The notes under the pieces were generated by a model. That model was given only the letters and a program-made list of their open reading frames with translations. It was not told where the DNA came from and made no database searches. Positions 8,341 through 16,556 of a stretch of DNA of 25,348 nucleotides are shown here, in pieces. Within the stretch, counting starts at the first letter, position 1. Each line of letters starts with the position of its first letter. The translations under genes were made by a program, and so were the position numbers. Source of the DNA: a virus (Duplodnaviria; Caudoviricetes); the IMG/VR virus record IMGVR_UViG_3300038406_000114, positions 1-25,348 of that record; one strand, 5' to 3'.

Positions 8341-10029
8341 ATGGCGGTCACCGTCCGGGAAGTCCTCCGGGACGCGGACGACGTCCCGCAGATCACACTG
8401 GTCACCGGCGCCGGCACGGCGGTGGACGATGTGCTGCTGCTGGTCCACATGACCGACTTCTTCCCGGCGTCCGAGATGCTGACGCCGTCGCCGGGGACGT
8501 GGACCGGCCCGGTGGTGATCGGCCGCGACGACGGCACCAACAGCCCGCACGCCAAGGTGTGGTGGCGGCCGGTCACGAGCGGCGGCGCCAACACCGTCGA
8601 GGCCAACGTCGACCAGGACCCGTCCAACCACGCGCACCTGTTCGTGCTCACCGGCGCCGACACCACCGACCCGATCTCAGGGGCGGCTGCGGCGACCGGC
8701 ACCGGATCCAGCCAGCCCGCGCCATCGGTGACCGGCGAGGACGACGGGCTGCTGGTCTGCGGCTGGGTGAAGGACGCACAGGACACGTACTCGTTCCCCG
8801 GCGGCATGACCGGCGGCGAGTCCGACTCCGGCTTCTCGATCGCCGGCAGCGCGTACGAGGCGCTCGCCGCCGACGAGGCGACCGGCACCCGCACGGCCAC
8901 CGCCGGCACCGGCTCGGGCGGCACCTGGACCGCGGTCAGCGTCGGCATCGCACCAGCGGCCGCCGGCGGCGCGGCCATCACCCCCGCGCCGGTCACGATC
9001 ACCGCCGGCACGGGCACGCTCAGCATGTCCATCGACGTCACCCCCGCCGCGGTCACGGTCACCGCGACGCCGGGCGCCGCTGCCCTGTCCATCGACATGG
9101 CACCGGCGGCAGCTGCCGTGGCCGCCACTCCGGGCCCGATCACCATCACCACCGCGGTCGGCGTCGTCCCCGACCCGGCTACGGTCACCGCCGCACCTGG
9201 CGTGGTCACCCTCACCTCCACGGTAGACCTCACCCCGGCGGCGACCACCGTGACCGCGGCTCCGGGGACGGCCAGCGTAGCCCTCGGCATCGCACCGGCC
9301 GCCCCGGCCGTCACCGCCACACCGGGAACGGTCACGGTCACCAGCGGCGCCACCGACATCACCCCCGCCGCGGCCACGGTCACCGCCGCGGCCGGCGTGT
9401 TGCAGGTCTCCCAGCACGTCATCCCCGGCCCGGTGACGGTCACCGCCGACGCCGGGACGCTGAACCTCACGGTCGACGTCACCCCGGCCCCGGTCACCGT
9501 CACAACGAGCCCAGGCGCCGCCACGCTCAACGTCGACATCCCCAGCACCGGCCCGACCGTCACCCCGACACCTGGCGCCCTGACCGTCGTCCAAGGCCTG
9601 GCGGTGGTGGCCGCCGACGCCACGGTCACCGCAACACCCGGCGCGGTCACCATCACCACCACCACCGCCGTCACCCCCGGGGCGACCACGGTCACCGCCA
9701 TAGCGGGCACCCTCGCTATGGGCGTGGAAGTCGCCGCCGCAGACCCCGGGGTGACCGCCACCGCCGGCACCCTCACCATCACCGGCACCGCCAGTGCTGT
9801 TACAGCCGCCGCCCCGGCCGTGTCCGTCACCGCCGGCACAGCCACGGTGACCGATGTAGCCCGGGCATCCGGCTGGGGGACGCTGCTCACCCACCGCGAG
9901 TACGCCGCCTACGCCGACCTCGACCAGCCACCCAGGGCGTGCCCCAACGACGGAACCCCGCTGCGCACCGGCCCACGAGGCCAACGGTACTGCCCATTCG
10001 ACGGCTACCAGCCGGAACGGGGATGGTGA
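8341..10029 (+). CDS. Fibre-like virion protein: N-terminal globular domain, about 14 T/A/P/V-rich repeats, C-terminal CPND..CPFD domain
   Basis: 562-aa ORF with GC-rich third positions; repeat unit of about 20-23 aa (xTPAxxTVTAxPGxxTxT). Confidence 0.8.
   Translation: MAVTVREVLRDADDVPQITLVTGAGTAVDDVLLLVHMTDFFPASEMLTPSPGTWTGPVVIGRDDGTNSPHAKVWWRPVTSGGANTVEANVDQDPSNHAHLFVLTGADTTDPISGAAAATGTGSSQPAPSVTGEDDGLLVCGWVKDAQDTYSFPGGMTGGESDSGFSIAGSAYEALAADEATGTRTATAGTGSGGTWTAVSVGIAPAAAGGAAITPAPVTITAGTGTLSMSIDVTPAAVTVTATPGAAALSIDMAPAAAAVAATPGPITITTAVGVVPDPATVTAAPGVVTLTSTVDLTPAATTVTAAPGTASVALGIAPAAPAVTATPGTVTVTSGATDITPAAATVTAAAGVLQVSQHVIPGPVTVTADAGTLNLTVDVTPAPVTVTTSPGAATLNVDIPSTGPTVTPTPGALTVVQGLAVVAADATVTATPGAVTITTTTAVTPGATTVTAIAGTLAMGVEVAAADPGVTATAGTLTITGTASAVTAAAPAVSVTAGTATVTDVARASGWGTLLTHREYAAYADLDQPPRACPNDGTPLRTGPRGQRYCPFDGYQPERGW
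8977..9860 (+). repeat. Degenerate coding tandem repeats (about 14 x 60-69 bp)
   Basis: Examples: ITPAPVTITAGTGTLSMSID, VTPAAVTVTATPGAAALSID, VTPAPVTVTTSPGAATLNVD. Confidence 0.85.
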
Positions 10030-10030
10030 C

Positions 10031-10213
10031 ATGTCGTGGAACCAGCTGCTCAACCTGATCGACGAGTCGAACCTGGAAGCCCGCGCCTACCAGGCCGCCG
10101 GGCCCGTGGCATGCCCCAACGACGGCAGCCCGCTCGAGCGTGCCCCCGACGGCATCCTGCAGTGCCCGTTCGACGCATGGCGCCCAGACACCGGCACCCC
10201 CTACGACACCTGA
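10031..10213 (+). CDS. 60-aa protein paralogous to the C-terminal domain of the upstream fibre-like protein
   Basis: SW.QLL...P.ACPNDG.PL...P.G...CPFD.W.P shared with 9868-10026. Confidence 0.8.
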   Translation: MSWNQLLNLIDESNLEARAYQAAGPVACPNDGSPLERAPDGILQCPFDAWRPDTGTPYDT

Positions 10214-10219
10214 CCGCAG

Positions 10220-10258
10220 GCTATCGAACGCAACCGCAGGCAAACGTAGGGGTACGCT
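10220..10258 (+). promoter_or_regulatory. Intergenic 31-bp motif, copy 2, followed by a TANNNT -10-like hexamer
   Basis: GCTATCGAACGCAACCGCAGGCAAACGTAGG (10220-10250), then TACGCT (10253-10258), upstream of the neck/tail genes. Confidence 0.7.
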
Positions 10259-10293
10259 GACCGGCAGGACCTCCAGAAAGCGTGAGGGACGCG

Positions 10294-11352
10294 ATGACCA
10301 ACCCCTGGTCTGCGAGCAGGGAACAGCTGAAGGCCGCCCTGGACTACCGGGAGACGGCCCGGAACAACTCCCAGCTTGACCGTGCCCTCGAGTCCGCGTC
10401 CCGTGCCATCGAAGGCGAGTTCCACCGCCGGTTCTACCCCGAGGTCGACACCCGCTACTTCGACTGGCCAAACCGGCAGCACGCCCGCCCTTGGCGGCTG
10501 TGGCTCGGCGACAACGAGCTCATCTCGGTCACCACCCTGACCGCAGGCGGCACCGCCCTCACCGAGGGCTCCGACTTTCTGCTGCGCCGATCTGACGGCA
10601 AAGACACACCGCCCTACACCCACGTCGAGATCAACCTGGCCGGATCCGCGTCGTTCGCCGCCGGCGACTCGCATCAGCGGGCCATCGCCATCACCGGCCT
10701 GTTCGGGTACCGCAACGACGAAGCGGCCGCCGGTGCGCTCGAGGCCGCGGTGGCGTCGGCGGGCACCACCACAGTCGACGTCACCGACTCGTCGGCCGTC
10801 GGCGTAGGGACGCTGCTGCGGGTCGACACCGAGCGGACGATCGTCACCCGGCGAAGCCTCCTCGATACCGGGCAGAACACCGGCGGCGTGTTGACCGCGT
10901 CGGCGGCCAACACGACCGTGCCGGTGGCCGACGGCACCGGGTTTGCCGTCGACGAGGTGATCCTGGTCGACGCCGAGCGGATGCTGGTCGTGGACATCGC
11001 CGGGAACAACCTGATCGTCCGCCGCCAGTGGGACGGCACTGTGTTGGCCGCCCACAGTTCCGGCGTCGACGTGTACGCCCCGCGCCGGCTGACCGTCGTG
11101 CGGGGCGCGTTGGGGACGGCAGCCGCCACCCACGACGACGCGGCCGCCGTGTTCCGGCATGTGCCACCGGGGCCGATCACCGCCTACTGTCTGGCGTTGG
11201 CGATCAACCAGGTGTTGCAGGAGTCTGCCGGCTACGCGCGGACGGTCGGGTCGGCGGAAAACGAGCGGGAGGCGGCTGGTCGTGGCCTGCGGTCGGCCCG
11301 GTCGGAGGCGTGGACGGCGTATGCGCGCAAGTTCCGGATGGCGGCCGTCTGA
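10294..11352 (+). CDS. Head-to-tail adaptor/connector with inserted beta-domains
   Basis: N-terminal ASREQLKAALD...LDRALESASRAIEG...RRF and C-terminal VPPGPITAYCLALA are adaptor-like; first gene of the neck block. Confidence 0.75.
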   Translation: MTNPWSASREQLKAALDYRETARNNSQLDRALESASRAIEGEFHRRFYPEVDTRYFDWPNRQHARPWRLWLGDNELISVTTLTAGGTALTEGSDFLLRRSDGKDTPPYTHVEINLAGSASFAAGDSHQRAIAITGLFGYRNDEAAAGALEAAVASAGTTTVDVTDSSAVGVGTLLRVDTERTIVTRRSLLDTGQNTGGVLTASAANTTVPVADGTGFAVDEVILVDAERMLVVDIAGNNLIVRRQWDGTVLAAHSSGVDVYAPRRLTVVRGALGTAAATHDDAAAVFRHVPPGPITAYCLALAINQVLQESAGYARTVGSAENEREAAGRGLRSARSEAWTAYARKFRMAAV

Positions 11353-11735
11353 TGATCGACGTTGAGGTGAAGGTGTCGGGGCCGGTGTTCGACGGCCGCG
11401 CCGGCAAGGCGGTGGACGACTTCTTCATCGAGGCCGAGGACCACGTTGCCGACGAGGGCGTGAACCTGGTCGGGATCTGGCTTGGCCTGAAACTGCGCAA
11501 CCCGACCGGCTTCTACGAGTCCCGGATCGTTTCGGACCGGCAGCGCGACGATGCCCAGGTCACCGACTCCAAGGTGGTGTACGGGCCCTGGCTGGAAGGT
11601 GTGAGTTCGAGGAATCAGAGCAGCCGGTTCAAGGGCTACCGCACGTTCCGGATTGTCGCCCAGGATCTGCAGGGTGACGCTAGCCGGCTCGCTGAGGAAG
11701 TGCTGCCCAAGTACCTCGATCGGATGAACGGATGA
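11352..11735 (+). CDS. Neck/tail-completion protein (HK97 gp10-like by position)
   Basis: TGATG coupling; PTG.YESRI and VYGPWLEG motifs; lies between the adaptor and the terminator. Confidence 0.65.
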   Translation: MIDVEVKVSGPVFDGRAGKAVDDFFIEAEDHVADEGVNLVGIWLGLKLRNPTGFYESRIVSDRQRDDAQVTDSKVVYGPWLEGVSSRNQSSRFKGYRTFRIVAQDLQGDASRLAEEVLPKYLDRMNG

Positions 11736-12214
11736 CGCTCCCGACAACTGCAGCCGAGACGTGGCTGGACGACGTTTTCAACGCCGTCGAGTCCGACATC
11801 AAAGCTGGCGGCTGGTTTGATCGGGTTGGCATGCACGAACCCAAGAACGCCCCCGGCCACGGCCTGTCGTGCGCGGTGTGGGTGCAGGACATCCGCGCCA
11901 CTCAAACCTCCGGGCTGGCCGCCACTACCGCGTTGCTCACGTTCAACGTTCGCGGCTACCACAACATGATCGTCGAGCCGCAGGACGCGATCGACCTGAA
12001 CTTGACCAAGGCCATCTCGAGCCTGATGCGCACATGGAACGACGACTACGACTTCGGCCTGCATCCGCTGGTCAGGAACGTCGATCTGCTGGGTGAGATG
12101 GGAACCCCGCTGTCGGCAAGGTCCGGCTATGTGGAGCAGTCCGGCACCATGTTCCGGGTCATGACCATCACCCTTCCGATCATAGTCAACGACGTTTGGC
12201 CACAAGGGAGCTGA
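11732..12214 (+). CDS. Putative tail terminator protein
   Basis: 160 aa, ATGA-coupled, immediately before the tail-tube-like genes. Confidence 0.6.
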   Translation: MTLPTTAAETWLDDVFNAVESDIKAGGWFDRVGMHEPKNAPGHGLSCAVWVQDIRATQTSGLAATTALLTFNVRGYHNMIVEPQDAIDLNLTKAISSLMRTWNDDYDFGLHPLVRNVDLLGEMGTPLSARSGYVEQSGTMFRVMTITLPIIVNDVWPQGS

Positions 12215-12215
12215 C

Positions 12216-12962
12216 ATGGCTAAGTCGAGCGGCCTCGGCGCAAACTGTTACGTAGGCGGGTTTGACCTGTCCGGTGATGTTGGTTCGCTGCAGAACATTT
12301 CCACCCCCCGCGCCGTCCAAGATGTCACCGGCATCAACAAGTCAGCCATGGAACGCATCTACCTGACCCGCGACGGGGCCATGGCCTACAGCACCTTCTT
12401 CAACCCGTCGGCGGCACAGTCCCACCCCGTGCTGTCGGCGCTGCCCACCACCGACCAGCCGGTCACCTACGTCCACCGGCCCACAATCGGCCAGCCAGCA
12501 GCCAGCATGGTCGGCAAGCAGATCAACTACGACGGCACCCGCAACACCGACGGGTCGCTCGGGTTCACCATCCAAGCCCAGGCCAACGGCTACGGGCTGG
12601 AGTGGGGACGGATGCTCACCGCCGGTGTGGCCGAAACCACTACGGCCGGTGCGTTGGCGGGGCTCGACTACGGCGTGGGCGTGGGGCAGACCCTGTTCGG
12701 GCTGCAGGCCTACTTGCACGTGTTCGCGTTCACCGGCACCTCCGCGACCGCTGCGGTGCAGGACTCGGCCGACGGGTCCACCGACTGGCAGAACGTGACG
12801 GATGGGGTGTTCGCCGCGGCTACCGCGGTGAGTTCGCAGCGGATTCAGACCGACCGCGACGAGACGGTGCGCCGGCATCTGCGGGTGAACGTGACGGGCA
12901 CGTTCACCGTGTTCGACTACAGCGTGGTCGTGATCAAGAACACGGCACTGGTGGAGTTCTGA
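12216..12962 (+). CDS. Tail tube-like protein 1 with extra C-terminal beta domain
   Basis: N-terminal ~130 aa contains TPRAVQDVTGINKSAMER, paralogous to 13433-13831; extra ~115 aa follows. Confidence 0.7.
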   Translation: MAKSSGLGANCYVGGFDLSGDVGSLQNISTPRAVQDVTGINKSAMERIYLTRDGAMAYSTFFNPSAAQSHPVLSALPTTDQPVTYVHRPTIGQPAASMVGKQINYDGTRNTDGSLGFTIQAQANGYGLEWGRMLTAGVAETTTAGALAGLDYGVGVGQTLFGLQAYLHVFAFTGTSATAAVQDSADGSTDWQNVTDGVFAAATAVSSQRIQTDRDETVRRHLRVNVTGTFTVFDYSVVVIKNTALVEF

Positions 12963-13426
12963 TGCGCCCCGTGCACCGGTTGACGCCGCGCCTGCCGTCG
13001 CAGGCGATGAAGACCTATCACATCGCCCGGCCGGCGCCGACCCACTTCCGAAAGGCCGACTGCCGCGAGGTCGAATGCGCCGCCTGGCGCAACGGGTGGA
13101 CCACCGTGATTGACGTAGCCCGCGCCGCCCGCGCCGGGCTGCCGTCCGGTGGCGACCAGGCCAACTACATTCGGCTCCACTCCGGACGCCACTACACCCA
13201 CACCCAGACGGGAACCCTGGTGACGTTCCGATTCCCGCCGGGGCAGCAGTGTTTCACCGCCCACCAGGTGCCGGTGGGCCGGGAGCCAGTGTTCGCCGTG
13301 ACCGGCGGCGACTGGCGGGGCAACCCCCGCGGCACCGCCCCGGTCCGGTTCCGGTCGCCGCGGCAGTTCGTAGACGACTTCGCCGAGCACCAGTCACGGC
13401 TCGCCGACCGTATGAAGAGAGGATGA
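12962..13426 (+). CDS. Hypothetical basic protein between the two tube paralogues
   Basis: TGATG coupling; C-x4-C and C-x3-H motifs; stop 6 nt before the next ATG. Confidence 0.7.
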   Translation: MRPVHRLTPRLPSQAMKTYHIARPAPTHFRKADCREVECAAWRNGWTTVIDVARAARAGLPSGGDQANYIRLHSGRHYTHTQTGTLVTFRFPPGQQCFTAHQVPVGREPVFAVTGGDWRGNPRGTAPVRFRSPRQFVDDFAEHQSRLADRMKRG

Positions 13427-13432
13427 TCGACC

Positions 13433-13831
13433 ATGGCCAAGCGTTCCGGGTTCCCGTTCCAGATCCAGGTGGACACGGAGGCGGATGCCCTCACCGACAT
13501 CTCCAACGACGTCACCAACCATTCGTTCGCCACCCCCCGCGGGGTGCAGGACGTCACCGGTGTGGACAAGTCCGCGATGGAGCGGCTGCTGCTGCTGGCC
13601 GACTTCTCGCTCACCCTGAACGGGGTGTTCAATCCGGACCTGTCCCACGCCGTGTTTTCGACGGTGCCCGGTGGCAGCCTGATCCGGGACACCGACCTGA
13701 CCATCGACACCGACGCGCTCGACAACGACTGCCTATTCAGCGACTACGCGTTGACCCGCAACCAGGACGGCAGTCTGACATGGACCGTACCTGGGGTGCT
13801 CGCGGACGGCGAAGTCCCCACATGGGCCTGA
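13433..13831 (+). CDS. Tail tube-like protein 2 (likely the major tail protein)
   Basis: 132-aa acidic protein with TPRGVQDVTGVDKSAMER, directly upstream of the chaperone and tape measure genes. Confidence 0.75.
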   Translation: MAKRSGFPFQIQVDTEADALTDISNDVTNHSFATPRGVQDVTGVDKSAMERLLLLADFSLTLNGVFNPDLSHAVFSTVPGGSLIRDTDLTIDTDALDNDCLFSDYALTRNQDGSLTWTVPGVLADGEVPTWA

Positions 13832-13865
13832 TCGGCACCTCACCGCACAGGAAGGGAAACGCCTG

Positions 13866-14264
13866 ATGGGCTACCGCAGGCAGGCCAAACACCTCACCAT
13901 CAAGTTCGAGGGTGAGCTGTCCGGGCTGGAGGTCACCGTCAAGCAGGTGTCGCCGCAGGCGTACCGGACCATCACGAACATGGCCCGGGCGGCTGGCCGG
14001 CAGGCCACCGAGGACCAGGCCGACGCCGTCCTCGACCTCTGCGCCGCCTTCGGGCAGCTGCTGACCGGGTGGAACTACGAAGACGAGCAGGGCAACCCGA
14101 TCCCGGCGACCGCCGAGGCGCTGGCCGCCGAGGACACCCCGTTCGTGTTCGCGCTGGTCTACGGCTGGATGGACGCTCTGTCAGCCCGCGCGGAACAGCT
14201 CGCCCCGCAGGCACAACCCGACCCGGCGATTGAGGCTGGTATCCCAATGGACGTACCTGCATAA
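13866..14264 (+). CDS. Tail assembly chaperone
   Basis: Lies between tube and tape measure genes; L.GWN.EDE.G.PIP motif; AGGAAGGG RBS. Confidence 0.75.
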   Translation: MGYRRQAKHLTIKFEGELSGLEVTVKQVSPQAYRTITNMARAAGRQATEDQADAVLDLCAAFGQLLTGWNYEDEQGNPIPATAEALAAEDTPFVFALVYGWMDALSARAEQLAPQAQPDPAIEAGIPMDVPA

Positions 14265-14318
14265 CCGCTAGCCCTGTCCTGACCGATCCGTGACGACCTT
14301 GTTGGGAGGTGCGTAGGA

Positions 14319-16556
14319 GTGGCGAATGACGTAGTCATCACGGTCAAGGGTCGGGACCAGGGCGGCAAGCAAACCATCACCGAAACCGGCAGGTCGCTAC
14401 AGCGGGTCGGCGAGATCGCACAGGGGATCATCGTCGCGCAGATGTTCCAGAAGATCGGCGAGAGCGCGACCCGGTTCCTCGGTCAGGCAAAGTCGGCCGC
14501 GTCCAATCTGGGCGAGTCCGCCAACGCCGTGTCGGTGGTGTTCAAGGAACAGTCCCAGACCGTCCTGAAGTGGGGGCAGGACAACGCTTCCAGCTTCGGC
14601 CTGTCCAAGCGCGCCTTCAACGAGGCCATCACCCCGATGGGTGCGATGCTGAAGAACACCGGCTTGGATATGGAGACAGTGTCGTCCAGCACCATCGACC
14701 TGACCACCCGCGCCGCCGACATGGCGTCCGTGTTCAACACCGACGTGTCCGAGGCGCTGCTGGCCATCCAGGCCGGCCTACGCGGCGAGGCCGACCCGCT
14801 GGAACGGTTCGGCGTCGGGCTGAACGCCGCCGCGGTGGAGGCGCGCGCCCTGGCCGACACCGGCAAGAGCGTGTCGACCGAGCTGACCACGCAGGAGAAG
14901 ATGCTGGCGCGGATCGCCATCATCATGGAGCAGACCAACGACGTCGCCGGCGACTTCTCCAACACGTCCGACAGCCTGGCCAACCAGCAGCGGATCCTGA
15001 ACGCCGAGTTGGAGAACTCGCAGGCGGTCATGGGGCAGGCGCTGATCCCCGCCTTCCAACTGCTCAACGAGGTGCTGCTGCCGGTCCTGACCATGTTCCA
15101 GGGGCTGCCCGGTCCGGTGCAGACGGTGATCAGCGTGTTGATCGTCCTGGCCGCCGCGATCCTGGCGGTGTCGTCCCGCATCGCGCCGATGATCATATCC
15201 ATGCAGGCTGCCGGCGTCAGCATGAATACCATGACCGCGGCGGCCGGCCGGCTCACCGCTGCGCTCGGCCCGGTTGCGCTCATCATCACCGGCCTCATCT
15301 TCGCCCAAAAACAGTTCGAGGGCGAGTCCATCAAGGCGCAGACCGAGGTCGGGAAGCTCGCCGAAGACCTGGACCACCTCACCCGCACCGGCCGCGTAAA
15401 CACCGAACTGTGGGCGCTGTTCGGCGACGGCCTCTCGGGTGCCGCCGACAACACCGAGTTCTTCGGCGAGAAGCTCGACCTGGCCGCCGAGAAGAGCTCG
15501 TCCTTCGGGGCCAAGGCGAAAGAGGTCTGGGACGTCTTCCAGGATGGCGACAACGCCATGCAGGATGCCGCCGAGCGGTTCGAGCAGCTCGACGACGCAC
15601 TCGCGGCGGCGGTCGAGTCCGGCGCCGACGGCGAGGCCATCCTGCAGAGCCTGATCGACACCTACGGTCTGACAGCGGAGCAGGTCGAAAAGCTGCGGAC
15701 GGTGCTGCCGGAGTACGCCAAGGCGCAGGAGCGGGCCGGGGAGTCCACCGATGAGGCCACCGCGGCGGTTGAGGAACAGATCGGCGCGCTTGACGAGTTG
15801 GCCGGCAAGCTGAAGGCTCAGACGGATCCGCTGTTCGGCTTCATCGACGCCAACGACAAGGCGACGGCGGCGCAGGACGCGTTGCGGGAGGCTGAGGAGG
15901 AGTTCGGGGCTGGATCCCCGGAGTATGAGCGGGCGCTGCTGGACCTGGCCAAGGCTAACCTGGACCTGTTCGGGGCGACCACGGACGCGTCGGGGCAGAT
16001 CGACGGGACGCTGATTCCTTCGCTGCGCCGGGCGCGGGACGCTGGGATCATCACCGAGGAAGAGTTCGACGCGCTCGTGGGTGCGATCAAGGAAGTCGAC
16101 CGCACCGACGCCACCATAACGGTGCGGGACAACGCCGCGCAGGCGTTGCGGCGGCAGCAGAATTTGCGGAGCCGGTTGAGGAACATAGACCGGTTCATCA
16201 ACTATACCTTTAGGACGGTCGGGGCTGCGCCTGCCGGGGCGTTGAACACTCCCAACGCGCACGGCGGCATCGCGGGCGCGCGTGGCATGCAGGACGGCGG
16301 TATCTCCGGCAACGGCATGTCTCCGCTGGAGGTAAACGAGCGGGGAGAAGAGCTGGCCAGGGTGCCCACCGGGGACCTGATCTCGCTGGTGACCGGGTCG
16401 ACGGTCATCCCGCACGGACAGTCCCAGGCGCTGCTGGACCGCCACGGCGGCGGCACGGAGGTGGTGGTGCGGTTCGAGTTCGTCGGCGCGGATGAGGAGT
16501 TCGCCGAGTTCTTCCGGCGCATCATGCGCCGCCGGCCCGGCCTGGTCGCGGCCTGA
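14319..16556 (+). CDS. Tape measure protein
   Basis: 745 aa, Ala-rich and helical; V.I..KGRD N-terminus, GLRGEADPLERFGV motif, central hydrophobic stretch, C-terminal A.GG...VNERGEE...GS.VIP motif. Confidence 0.93.
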   Translation: MANDVVITVKGRDQGGKQTITETGRSLQRVGEIAQGIIVAQMFQKIGESATRFLGQAKSAASNLGESANAVSVVFKEQSQTVLKWGQDNASSFGLSKRAFNEAITPMGAMLKNTGLDMETVSSSTIDLTTRAADMASVFNTDVSEALLAIQAGLRGEADPLERFGVGLNAAAVEARALADTGKSVSTELTTQEKMLARIAIIMEQTNDVAGDFSNTSDSLANQQRILNAELENSQAVMGQALIPAFQLLNEVLLPVLTMFQGLPGPVQTVISVLIVLAAAILAVSSRIAPMIISMQAAGVSMNTMTAAAGRLTAALGPVALIITGLIFAQKQFEGESIKAQTEVGKLAEDLDHLTRTGRVNTELWALFGDGLSGAADNTEFFGEKLDLAAEKSSSFGAKAKEVWDVFQDGDNAMQDAAERFEQLDDALAAAVESGADGEAILQSLIDTYGLTAEQVEKLRTVLPEYAKAQERAGESTDEATAAVEEQIGALDELAGKLKAQTDPLFGFIDANDKATAAQDALREAEEEFGAGSPEYERALLDLAKANLDLFGATTDASGQIDGTLIPSLRRARDAGIITEEEFDALVGAIKEVDRTDATITVRDNAAQALRRQQNLRSRLRNIDRFINYTFRTVGAAPAGALNTPNAHGGIAGARGMQDGGISGNGMSPLEVNERGEELARVPTGDLISLVTGSTVIPHGQSQALLDRHGGGTEVVVRFEFVGADEEFAEFFRRIMRRRPGLVAA

